From IMG/VR virus record IMGVR_UViG_3300037991_002329, positions 1-32,452 of that record: DNA of 32,452 nt. The stretch is one strand, 5' to 3'. The DNA is from a virus (Duplodnaviria > Caudoviricetes). Shown here piece after piece: positions 19,494 to 27,487 of this stretch (its first letter is position 1; every line of letters begins with the position of its first letter). The notes under the pieces were generated by a model. The model saw nothing but the letters and a program-made list of their open reading frames with translations, was not told the DNA's origin and did no database searches. Both the position numbers and the translations under genes were made by a program.

Positions 19494-20243
19494 ATGACTG
19501 CGAACAAATATTCAAATGGCAATCCAAAGGTACCTTCAATATGGAGCGTGATCCCTAGTAAAAGGGTGGTTGATATACGCAGCAAAAAAAATCCGACCAC
19601 CTTTCTACTATTTTGTTTGCTTGCAGCGTACACAAATAGAGCTGGCACTAGTTTTCCATCCCAGGCATTACTCAGTAAACAGCTTGGTATCAGCGTACAG
19701 GCTGTCAGCTATCATATCAGGAAGTTGATCAGCTGGGATTATATCAGATACGCAAAAAAGCATAGTGGATTGAAAGGTAACAAATATTATATGGTATTTG
19801 ATGAGGCTATCAGCGAGGATGAGGCACGAGCTGTACAAACTAGCGAGACAATATCAGAGATTGCTGAAGTCATACCACCTGAATATAAACAAGGGGCTAA
19901 GGCTATGGAAAAAAATAAATTTAACACGAGCAGCGAGGCAAGAAAAATATGTATGCAGTATAGAAAAATAGTCGAGGAAATATTTGGTCATCAAGTACAA
20001 CACAAATTAGAACATGAACATTTAGTCGATACTTGGTTAAAAGATTTTAGCAAAGAATACATATTAAAAAGAATTAGAAATACCATTCAATACAGGCGTG
20101 ATAATGGCAAGGATAGCATTAAATCAATAGGCTATTTTAAAAATGTATTTGTTAAGAATGCTAATAAAAAACCTAGCTCTAAAAAACAAGAGCTGGATCA
20201 ATTACTAGGCAAATTTAAATCTAATCACAAGATTAAATTCTAA
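19494..20243 (+). CDS. Winged-HTH phage replication initiator-like protein
   Basis: YTNRAGTSFPSQALLSKQLGISVQAVSYHIRKLISWDYI (HTH_36-like); C-terminal IKSIGYF motif. Confidence 0.7.
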   Translation: MTANKYSNGNPKVPSIWSVIPSKRVVDIRSKKNPTTFLLFCLLAAYTNRAGTSFPSQALLSKQLGISVQAVSYHIRKLISWDYIRYAKKHSGLKGNKYYMVFDEAISEDEARAVQTSETISEIAEVIPPEYKQGAKAMEKNKFNTSSEARKICMQYRKIVEEIFGHQVQHKLEHEHLVDTWLKDFSKEYILKRIRNTIQYRRDNGKDSIKSIGYFKNVFVKNANKKPSSKKQELDQLLGKFKSNHKIKF

Positions 20244-20487
20244 TCGCTATATATTGGTATACATCATCATTTAATTTACGCTGCGTAAGCGTGACGTAAT
20301 TACTTTCGTATAAATAATTAAAATAATCTTTAATTTTAGCAGCCCTAATTTGCACAATTTCGTGTTCGTCTATTAGATCACTAGCTAAAAAACCAGTATA
20401 ATATATTATTTGATCACGTTTAACGCTATTCTTAAACCATTTTTCAAAGGCGTTTAATTCTTTTTCTATTTCATTATCATTTAACAT
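20233..20487 (-). CDS. Hypothetical protein (last gene of the leftward array)
   Basis: 84 aa; YYTGFLA...LTQRK...YQYIAIR. Confidence 0.7.
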   Translation of the reverse strand: MLNDNEIEKELNAFEKWFKNSVKRDQIIYYTGFLASDLIDEHEIVQIRAAKIKDYFNYLYESNYVTLTQRKLNDDVYQYIAIRI

Positions 20488-20641
20488 TTTTCTTTAGCCT
20501 GTTAATAGCGTTCTTATATAGCTTTTCTGCTGGCTGCTTACGTTGTAAGTATGCCAACATTTTATAGATATCATCCTGATGTAATTGAACGCCATTAATT
20601 ACAATTTTATATCCCTTATCAGGGTCGTATTGTATTTTCAT
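20477..20641 (-). CDS. 54-aa hypothetical protein (not in the ORF track)
   Basis: Starts in a junction repeat; MKIQYDPDKGYKIVING...RLKKNVK. Confidence 0.7.
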   Translation of the reverse strand: MKIQYDPDKGYKIVINGVQLHQDDIYKMLAYLQRKQPAEKLYKNAINRLKKNVK

Positions 20642-20645
20642 TGTT

Positions 20646-20813
20646 CTATTTCCTTTCTATTAGTTTTTCGTTTTCTGCGTCACAATCTGCGCACACAAAA
20701 CCCTCTACTTCGTCACTATAGTATTCATATCTATTAATATATTTTCCTGATCCTATACTGCAATCATTGCCACAATGGCAGCAAATTTCATCATCAAATA
20801 ATTGTTTTATCAT
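20646..20813 (-). CDS. 55-aa CxxC/CxxC zinc-ribbon micro-protein (not in the ORF track)
   Basis: MIKQLFDDEICCHCGNDC...FVCADCDAENEKLIERK; starts and stops in junction repeats. Confidence 0.75.
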   Translation of the reverse strand: MIKQLFDDEICCHCGNDCSIGSGKYINRYEYYSDEVEGFVCADCDAENEKLIERK

Positions 20814-20817
20814 TGTT

Positions 20818-21054
20818 TTATTTCCTTTCTAATAAATATAAATCTTGTTGCCTTATGTATAAGTCATCTTGTAGATTAATAAATATATTATCTTTTTCTA
20901 CTTCAACAAATGAATTGTCATCATAATAAAACTCATTATCTATTCTATTAATACTAATAATCTCTTTTTCATTTGGATAATGTCCATTTGCTTGGTTAGG
21001 TTCTAAAGACTCACTATTCCAAAAGATAAGTATTTTATCATTTACTTTTAACAT
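20818..21054 (-). CDS. Hypothetical protein
   Basis: Starts and stops in junction repeats (ends ERK*). Confidence 0.75.
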   Translation of the reverse strand: MLKVNDKILIFWNSESLEPNQANGHYPNEKEIISINRIDNEFYYDDNSFVEVEKDNIFINLQDDLYIRQQDLYLLERK

Positions 21055-21190
21055 TGTTTATTTTCCTTTCATCTATCCAAATTCTTTTCCAGCCCAGCAA
21101 TTTTTGCGTTCTGCGTGGCGTGTTTTTAAACATCCCCTGTGGTTTTATTAGGTATCCATCACTATTAATATAATACATTTTCTTATTCAT
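21038..21190 (-). CDS. 50-aa basic hypothetical protein (not in the ORF track)
   Basis: Starts in a junction repeat; MNKKMYYINSDGYLIKP...DERKINNVKSK. Confidence 0.65.
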   Translation of the reverse strand: MNKKMYYINSDGYLIKPQGMFKNTPRRTQKLLGWKRIWIDERKINNVKSK

Positions 21191-21386
21191 TGTTTGTTTT
21201 CCTTTCTAATGCTTCTAATGCTACTAATAAATCCTGTGCAAAGTCTTGGCACATATCCTTAACTTCGCCTGTAGTAAAGAAAACATTTTGTTCATACTGG
21301 TCATGTATATCCCACAATTTATATGCTATATTTTGTATAATTCTATGTGCATACTGTTTATTAGTTTCTTGTATTGGTGTTATCAT
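21183..21386 (-). CDS. Hypothetical protein
   Basis: Starts in a junction repeat. Confidence 0.75.
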   Translation of the reverse strand: MITPIQETNKQYAHRIIQNIAYKLWDIHDQYEQNVFFTTGEVKDMCQDFAQDLLVALEALERKTNNE

Positions 21387-21409
21387 TGTTCTATTTCCTT
21401 TCTTAATTA

Positions 21410-22222
21410 TTAATCTATAACGAACCCTGTATAATCATTTATTGCTGCGCCTTTAGCATATAAGGCAACTACGCTATTGACTGGATCCAAAAATCTCAAG
21501 TCTGTATCATCGCCTGATACTACTTCACGCCCCAGAAATTCCTTTGGGAATTGTGATTTATATCTAAAGACTGCAGCAAGTCGCATTCCAGCCTGTAAAG
21601 CTTTATCAATTTGTTTTTTATAGTGTAGTGATTGCACGCCACTATAACTAAACGTTAAATCATATACCTTATTATTAGGTATTTTTCTATTTGCAATCTT
21701 TGTATAGTCATAGAATACAACATCATATTTTTTGTTTAGTGATACCATTTGATCATAAAAATAATTTTCCCAGCGAATATCGCTAGTACCATTTAATCTT
21801 ACAACAAATTTGTATCCAGCTTTTTTTGCCTTAATACTTTCCTTTTCTATTTCATTATATAACTGCTTTAAAAACCTTTCTTTGTGATCTATCCAATATA
21901 ATGTTTTTCTTATTCTAGATAATTCTACACTAGAAAAGCGCCCCCGCCCCGCAGTATATAAGCACGCCTTTACGCATTGTGCAATAACTGCATTAGGACA
22001 CATATTATAAAAGCCAAGCGTATTAGCTGGCGCCAAGTATAGTATTCCAGTTTTATATCCTTTCTTATTTCCTTTGATCGTCTTAGCGTCTAGATCAATA
22101 GATAATAATTTACTAGGCAATTTATTAAACATTTCTTTAAATGGTTTTCCCGTTCTATTATTGATCTTTTCTAGATCATTTAATATGCGCTTGTTAAGTT
22201 TATTATATGATTGATATAGCAT
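21410..22222 (-). CDS. Gp88-family protein (Cys triad, radical-SAM-like barrel inferred)
   Basis: CP-x6-C-x3-CLYTAGRG, RLNGTSDIRWE, FYDYTK, GDDTDLRFLDP and AKG motifs. Confidence 0.7.
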   Translation of the reverse strand: MLYQSYNKLNKRILNDLEKINNRTGKPFKEMFNKLPSKLLSIDLDAKTIKGNKKGYKTGILYLAPANTLGFYNMCPNAVIAQCVKACLYTAGRGRFSSVELSRIRKTLYWIDHKERFLKQLYNEIEKESIKAKKAGYKFVVRLNGTSDIRWENYFYDQMVSLNKKYDVVFYDYTKIANRKIPNNKVYDLTFSYSGVQSLHYKKQIDKALQAGMRLAAVFRYKSQFPKEFLGREVVSGDDTDLRFLDPVNSVVALYAKGAAINDYTGFVID

Positions 22223-22250
22223 TGTTCTATTTCCTTTCTATATTTCATTA

Positions 22251-22349
22251 TTAAAAGAATGTTATTATTGTTGCAGCATATGCAATTATAAACATGGTCA
22301 TTATTATAGGTATAAATACATAGCAATATAGCTTATCAAGTAATCTCAT
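22251..22349 (-). CDS. 32-aa single-TM peptide (not in the ORF track)
   Basis: Starts in a junction repeat; MRLLDKLYCYVFIPIIMTMFIIAYAATIITFF. Confidence 0.6.
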   Translation of the reverse strand: MRLLDKLYCYVFIPIIMTMFIIAYAATIITFF

Positions 22350-22353
22350 TTTT

Positions 22354-22545
22354 CTATTTCCTTTCCATATCGTATATATAATTTTCTATCATGATTAAAT
22401 ATTGTTTCGTATTATTAGCTTTTTGCCTAGCAGCGCCAGCGCCTTTTTCGCTAGCAATCTTTTCTATTCGCTGCAAGCTATTAATTGATTCCTTAGCCTT
22501 ATTTAATGCAACCTTTATTTTTGCAATATCATCTTTATAAGTCAT
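22354..22545 (-). CDS. Hypothetical helical protein
   Basis: Starts and stops in junction repeats (ends ERK*). Confidence 0.75.
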   Translation of the reverse strand: MTYKDDIAKIKVALNKAKESINSLQRIEKIASEKGAGAARQKANNTKQYLIMIENYIYDMERK

Positions 22546-22563
22546 TTTTCTATTTCCTTTCTA

Positions 22564-22839
22564 TTATAGTAATTCTTTATCAATTAAATCTTCAGTTAAT
22601 TTGTAGATAGCGTCATGGTAGTTATGGCTGCAACTTGATCCATTTATTATTTCTTGTTCCCAGTCATAAATTAATTCTTTTTTTAAGGCATCATGCTCTA
22701 TAGTTTCCAAGAATGCTAGTATGATATCATCAACGTCAACTTTATAAGCTGCCAGTTTTTTGCATAATGCAGCATATTTATTGCTGGTCTCAAAATTGTA
22801 CCAGGCATGATCTATAATAGCTTGTATTTCGTTAGTCAT
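22564..22839 (-). CDS. Hypothetical acidic protein
   Basis: Starts in a junction repeat; stop abuts the next repeat. Confidence 0.75.
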   Translation of the reverse strand: MTNEIQAIIDHAWYNFETSNKYAALCKKLAAYKVDVDDIILAFLETIEHDALKKELIYDWEQEIINGSSCSHNYHDAIYKLTEDLIDKELL

Positions 22840-23177
22840 TATTTTATTTCCTTTCGTTTCTTTTCTATTTCCTTACGATGCTGACGCATTTCATCAGTAC
22901 TAGGCATAATATTTCCGTTATTATGGTAATATCTCATGCCTTGTAAAAATAAAAAGCATTCTCTAGAAGTTGCATTCTGTAATAAAAAGCGCTTGCCATT
23001 TTCAGTTGCAAAAAATAGATTATATCCTTTATCAGTATAATTATAGTCTAGTTCATCATCAAAAAAGATGCCGCAGCAGATGTTAAATAGATCCACCCCC
23101 CTGTTAATATCATTAATATCAATTCTATTAAGATATACATTGTCAGGTTGATCATCAATTCTAATTTTCCAAGTCAT
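22839..23177 (-). CDS. Hypothetical protein
   Basis: Starts in a junction repeat; TAATG coupling to the next gene. Confidence 0.75.
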   Translation of the reverse strand: MTWKIRIDDQPDNVYLNRIDINDINRGVDLFNICCGIFFDDELDYNYTDKGYNLFFATENGKRFLLQNATSRECFLFLQGMRYYHNNGNIMPSTDEMRQHRKEIEKKRKEIK

Positions 23178-23195
23178 TTTTCTATTTCCTTTCTA

Positions 23196-23369
23196 TTAAA
23201 AATTTTGATTAATATAATCTAGTACTACTTTATATTGTACTAGCTCTTTTAGTCCATCATGCATATTATAACAATCTCTAATTGTTAAGGCTGCATAATA
23301 ATCATGATTACTTAAAACGTTTAGCAGCTTGTAGTAATCTTTTAGTTTTATAGTCTTTTCTTGATCCAT
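23196..23369 (-). CDS. 57-aa hypothetical protein, first gene of the leftward array (not in the ORF track)
   Basis: TAGAAAGG RBS; MDQEKTIKLKDYYKLLNV...YINQNF. Confidence 0.7.
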   Translation of the reverse strand: MDQEKTIKLKDYYKLLNVLSNHDYYAALTIRDCYNMHDGLKELVQYKVVLDYINQNF

Positions 23370-23453
23370 GTTAAAACCTTTCTATTTATATTATCTATAT
23401 TGATATCATAATGCTATATGAATTACAAGCATATAATTAACTATTACTAATAC

Positions 23454-23497
23454 ATATTCAAGCTGGGGTTTTAATCTATATTCAAGCTGGGGTTTTA
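23454..23497. repeat. Perfect 20-bp direct repeat x2 (ATATTCAAGCTGGGGTTTTA), period 24
   Basis: 23454-23473 and 23478-23497, followed by a nearly pure A/T tract. Confidence 0.9.
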
Positions 23498-23735
23498 CTA
23501 TAACAATATAATATATAACAATATATATATTTAGTAAGAATAAAGAATATAAAGACATATAAAAACGCTGCAATAAATATTGGATATATTTTTCAGGATC
23601 CAAAAAAAACGCATAAATAAAAATTGGCGCTGGCATATCAGCGAAACAAAGTCAAGAAAAAAAACAGATGTAATGCGCTGACCCCTTTGCCCCCCTACCC
23701 CTGGTGTATATAGTGGGGTTACTCACACAATTTTT

Positions 23736-23764
23736 TTGCAATATTTTTACAAAAGTGTTATTGT
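23736..23764 (+). promoter_or_regulatory. Sigma70-type promoter of the SSB/terminase operon
   Basis: TTGCAA-17bp-TATTGT with TGn. Confidence 0.6.
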
Positions 23765-23795
23765 ATATCTTTAACATGAAATAAAGGAATGAAAT

Positions 23796-24080
23796 ATGGC
23801 AGGTCCTACACACAGCAATCGCAACTTCAAACTTATGAAACCGATCAATATGAACAATGGTGATTACATCATTGAAGTATGGGATGGTAGTAATTGGAAT
23901 GATGATACCAAAACAAGAGAAACAGTACCAGGTGCTATTGATATAAAGATTTATCATAAAATAGATGATAGCACTAAGTACAACAAGGGTGACTTGGTAG
24001 GTTTCTTTCGTGCTTGGGGTAATGATAATCCACCTTCTGCTAAAAAAGAAGATGACTTGGATGACGAAATCCCCTTCTAG
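23796..24080 (+). CDS. Small SSB-like protein
   Basis: Beta-rich 94 aa with C-terminal EDDLDDEIPF, matching the bacterial SSB acidic tail. Confidence 0.65.
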   Translation: MAGPTHSNRNFKLMKPINMNNGDYIIEVWDGSNWNDDTKTRETVPGAIDIKIYHKIDDSTKYNKGDLVGFFRAWGNDNPPSAKKEDDLDDEIPF

Positions 24081-24615
24081 AAAAAAACGTATCATGAAAC
24101 CACCACTAGATCGTTTTGGTGGTGTGCGTATTGTCAAAAGGCGTATTGAGAAGTCTGAGGTATTGGATCACAGCAAAGACGCTGTTGCCCAAGAACTCGT
24201 TGATATCGGTACAGCTAGTATTGATGAGATAGTCGATTGGGATTCTAGTGGCTATGTACGAGTCAAGAGTCCCAACGAAATCTCAGATAAGGCAATCAAG
24301 GCGATAAAGAAAATTAAGATGACCCCAACGAAGGAAGGTCCACAACTTGAAGTAGAACTACACGACAAAGTATCTGTGCTGCGAACATTGGCACGAGCAA
24401 CTGGGATGTTAGAGAAACAAGATGATATGGAAAAACCCTCTGTCGTTGGTATAGTAATGCAAGGTCCAGGACAAATAATAGAAGGGGAAGTAGAAGATGT
24501 TGCGTATAGTGAGGAAACTAACGAAACCAGAACAGACGAAGATAATGAACCTGATGGTACAAAAAACCCTATCAGTCAAACTGATGGCACACATGATGGG
24601 GATGAAGGAAAGTAG
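24061..24615 (+). CDS. terS: Terminase small subunit
   Basis: AIKKIK...EVELHDKVSVLRTLARATGM pattern; upstream of TerL; probable start ATG 24061. Confidence 0.75.
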   Translation: MTKSPSRKKRIMKPPLDRFGGVRIVKRRIEKSEVLDHSKDAVAQELVDIGTASIDEIVDWDSSGYVRVKSPNEISDKAIKAIKKIKMTPTKEGPQLEVELHDKVSVLRTLARATGMLEKQDDMEKPSVVGIVMQGPGQIIEGEVEDVAYSEETNETRTDEDNEPDGTKNPISQTDGTHDGDEGK

Positions 24616-24700
24616 TTACAAAGGATTGACGTTGCGTAAGTCTTTGGCTACTGAAGAAAAGATAAATAGTATTATAGAGTTCTTGGAGGAACATGAGTAA
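24497..24700 (+). CDS. Small basic protein, possible HTH
   Basis: GAAGGGG RBS; overlaps the terS 3' end and couples to terL. Confidence 0.55.
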   Translation: MLRIVRKLTKPEQTKIMNLMVQKTLSVKLMAHMMGMKESSYKGLTLRKSLATEEKINSIIEFLEEHE

Positions 24701-26213
24701 CGCTATTACAAATCTCAATCTTGACTTCTCTACCTCACCTATGGTGTGGAAGTTCTTACAAGATAAATCATTCGTAAGAGGTATCATGGGACCTGTAGGT
24801 AGTGGCAAGTCATACGCTTGTGCTGCCGAGATCATGCTCAAAGCAGTCAGTCAAGTCCCTTCACCAAGAGATGGTATCAAGTATAGTCGCTTTGTAGTCG
24901 TTAGAAACTCATATCCAGAACTTAGAACAACCACCATAAAAACATGGCAAGAGTTGTTTCCAGAGAATATCTGGGGTCCTTTCCGTTGGTCCCCTCCATT
25001 GACACACCACATAAAACTTCCGTCAAGGGACAACGCCCCAGGTATAGACTGTGAGGTAATCTTCCTCGCACTTGACCAGCCCAAGGATGTCCGTAAACTT
25101 TTATCCATGGAGTTGACAGGTGCATGGGTGAACGAGGCAAGAGAATTACCAAAAGCAGTCATAGATGGTCTCACCCATAGGGTAGGCAGATATCCAACTT
25201 TGTCCGATGGGGGTGCGAACCCTTGGCGTGGCATTATTATGGACACTAACCCTATGGATGATGACCATTGGTGGTATAGACTAGCAGAGAAAGAAAAGAT
25301 GAGAGGTAAGTATAAGTGGTCATTCTTCAGACAGCCTGGTGCTGTAGAGGAATGTAACACAGATGAGTTGCCAGAGAACCCAGAGGCTAATGGCTTTGTA
25401 TACTCAGCAAACACTTGGTGGGCAACTAATCCAAATGCAGAAAACAAAAAGAATCTGCCTGCTGGATACTACGAACAAACATTACTAGGTAAGAATACTG
25501 ATTGGATACGTTGTTATGCACAGGGATTATATACCTACGTTCAAGAAGGTAAACCTGTCATGAGTGAGTACGATGACACTTTGATGACAGAGGATCATCT
25601 AGAGCCAGACATATCTGTACCAATACAAGTGGGTATTGACTTTGGTTTGACCCCTGCTGCAATCTTTGGGCAGAAGTTGCAGAATGGTCGTTGGCAAATA
25701 TACCATGAGTTGGTTACATTTGATATGGGGTTAGAGCGATTTGGTGCCATGCTCAAGTCAGAGTTAGCCTCACGATTTCCCAAGTATGATGTACTTGTTT
25801 GGGGCGACCCAGCAGGTTTGGCACGAGATCAGATATATGAAGTTACAAGTTTTGAGCATTTGAAGTCTATAGGATTGTTAGCAAGACCCACAGCAAGTAA
25901 CGATTTCAGAGTACGAAGAGAGGCAGGTGCTATGCCGATGAACAGATTAATAGATGGTAAGCCAGGGATACTCATAGATAAAAAGTGTCAGAGGCTACGC
26001 AAAGCTCTAGCTGGTGGGTATCATTTCAAGAGGGTACAGATATCTGGTGGTGAACGATACAGAGATACACCAAACAAGAACGACCACTCTCACGTTGGGG
26101 ATGCATATATGTATCTTGTTTTAGGTGGTGGAGAACATAAACAATTAACTAGAGGACATAATCCAAAGTTCAAACAAGCAGTTGCGAACACGGATTTTGA
26201 TATATTCGCATGA
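24693..26213 (+). CDS. terL: Terminase large subunit
   Basis: Walker A GPVGSGKS, Walker B AWVNE, DTNP coupling motif, GIDFG nuclease motif, HVGDAYMY. Confidence 0.95.
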   Translation: MSNAITNLNLDFSTSPMVWKFLQDKSFVRGIMGPVGSGKSYACAAEIMLKAVSQVPSPRDGIKYSRFVVVRNSYPELRTTTIKTWQELFPENIWGPFRWSPPLTHHIKLPSRDNAPGIDCEVIFLALDQPKDVRKLLSMELTGAWVNEARELPKAVIDGLTHRVGRYPTLSDGGANPWRGIIMDTNPMDDDHWWYRLAEKEKMRGKYKWSFFRQPGAVEECNTDELPENPEANGFVYSANTWWATNPNAENKKNLPAGYYEQTLLGKNTDWIRCYAQGLYTYVQEGKPVMSEYDDTLMTEDHLEPDISVPIQVGIDFGLTPAAIFGQKLQNGRWQIYHELVTFDMGLERFGAMLKSELASRFPKYDVLVWGDPAGLARDQIYEVTSFEHLKSIGLLARPTASNDFRVRREAGAMPMNRLIDGKPGILIDKKCQRLRKALAGGYHFKRVQISGGERYRDTPNKNDHSHVGDAYMYLVLGGGEHKQLTRGHNPKFKQAVANTDFDIFA

Positions 26214-26530
26214 CAAGTTCAGCTAAACGTAAAGGTACAAGAGTAGAAAACAAGATAGTAAAGCTATTCCAGTCGATGGATATTGATGCAAGGAGACAGC
26301 CATTGTCTGGTGCTTTGGCAGCTTTTCCCCATGATGTGCAAGTAGATTTGATAGGTGGACTCAACTGTGAGGTCAAGGCTAGAAAGAATGGTGGTGGCTT
26401 TACAACGATCAAGAAGTGGAAAGGTTCTGCTGATTTGCTGATACTGGTAGAAGATTACGAGCAACCTGGTGTCTACATGGACTGGGGGTTGTGGAAAGAG
26501 ATAGCGATGAGACTGAAAGAACATGAATGA
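26210..26530 (+). CDS. Holliday junction resolvase (PD-(D/E)XK, Hjc-like)
   Basis: KRKGTRVE, RRQPLSGA, HD and CEVKARK motifs. Confidence 0.8.
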   Translation: MTSSAKRKGTRVENKIVKLFQSMDIDARRQPLSGALAAFPHDVQVDLIGGLNCEVKARKNGGGFTTIKKWKGSADLLILVEDYEQPGVYMDWGLWKEIAMRLKEHE

Positions 26531-27014
26531 GACGACACTAGAATATCTTTTCAATACTAGTGGCACAAGTCTGTCCGTTGTTCCGTTCCGTTCTTACTTA
26601 CTTCGTCTTATGGACTTGCATGAACAAGACCAAAAGCATCTTGATCAAATGCCAGAGTATGTATCATACTTAGATAGTGCAACAAAAGACTCTTATGGAT
26701 ACTGTGTGCTTGACAATGGTAGACCTGTTCTTTGTTTTGGTGTTAGCCCACAATGGTATGGTGTTGCAGAGCTTTGGATGATACCAGACAAGCATTTACT
26801 GAGAAAACATAGATTTATTTTCCATAGAGGGGCGAACAACTTTATGAGGTACTTGATGGAAGAGTTGAACTTACACAGAATCCATGTTACAGTACTTGCA
26901 GATGATCTTCGTGCTTTGAAATGGATTGAGAGTATATCATTCCAAAGAGAAGGTGTCCTTAAAAAATATACATTTGATAAAAAAGATATGATAATGTATA
27001 GTATAACTAAATAG
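26523..27014 (+). CDS. GNAT-fold acetyltransferase-like protein
   Basis: GVAELW, LHRIHVTV and FQREGVLKKY motifs. Confidence 0.7.
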   Translation: MNETTLEYLFNTSGTSLSVVPFRSYLLRLMDLHEQDQKHLDQMPEYVSYLDSATKDSYGYCVLDNGRPVLCFGVSPQWYGVAELWMIPDKHLLRKHRFIFHRGANNFMRYLMEELNLHRIHVTVLADDLRALKWIESISFQREGVLKKYTFDKKDMIMYSITK

Positions 27015-27023
27015 GAGATTTCT

Positions 27024-27269
27024 ATGGGAATGATGTTCTCAAAACCTAAATACACACCACCACCTCAGATTGAAGAAAGCAGGCGTGCAATTGAACAAAG
27101 AGATGCTAGTGCAGCAGCAGCTGAGAGAAAACAACTGAGAGAACTATCAGCAAGAAGAAGGGCAACAAGACGAAGTGGTATATTAATTAATGAGCAAAAC
27201 TTAGATTTATTATCAGGTCAAGAAGTTCCTGAAGTAACTGTAAGAGATCCAATGACAAGGTATCGCTAA
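27024..27269 (+). CDS. Small probable virion protein (MG..KPK-Pro N-terminus)
   Basis: AGGAG RBS; position before the portal like T7 gp6.7/gp7.3. Confidence 0.7.
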   Translation: MGMMFSKPKYTPPPQIEESRRAIEQRDASAAAAERKQLRELSARRRATRRSGILINEQNLDLLSGQEVPEVTVRDPMTRYR

Positions 27270-27487
27270 TGGGTGGCATATTTAGAAAACCAAAAAAGAG
27301 AACACCACCAGCACCACCTCCACCGAGAAGGGAAGAGACTGCAAAGAAAACTGCACCTGAACAAAAGAAGGAAGAACAAAGACCAAGAAGAGGAGATAGA
27401 TTGACTCAATCCATAGTTGGTGGCACTCTTGCTGGTTATGGTTCTGATACACAAACAACGCTAGGCGTAAGGAATCCAAGAGTATGA
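27269..27487 (+). CDS. Small probable virion protein (MG..KPK-Pro N-terminus)
   Basis: TAATG coupling; resembles the upstream gene. Confidence 0.7.
   Translation: MGGIFRKPKKRTPPAPPPPRREETAKKTAPEQKKEEQRPRRGDRLTQSIVGGTLAGYGSDTQTTLGVRNPRV

Larger units (their letters stand above)
20639..23193 (-). repeat. Ten dispersed copies of a 19-nt gene-junction repeat, consensus GAAAGGAAATAGAAMAATG
   Basis: Copies at 20639, 20811, 21052, 21188, 21384, 22220, 22347, 22543, 22837 and 23175 (each 19 nt, left + strand coordinate). Confidence 0.92.

Noticed and set aside
20639-23193. Junction repeats as a CRISPR array or integron attC sites
   Set aside because: Spacing is irregular (about 125-840 bp), the intervening sequences are whole genes, the repeat is not palindromic, and there is no cas or tyrosine integrase gene.
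23406-23636. Minus-strand 76-aa ORF with a KPQLEY repeat
   Set aside because: It has low-complexity I/Y/L composition, lacks the array's RBS, and its repeat merely reflects the 24-bp-period DNA repeat; more likely non-coding.
23681-23701. G-quadruplex on the minus strand
   Set aside because: There are only three separate G-runs, so a canonical intramolecular four-run motif is not met; kept only as a boundary marker.
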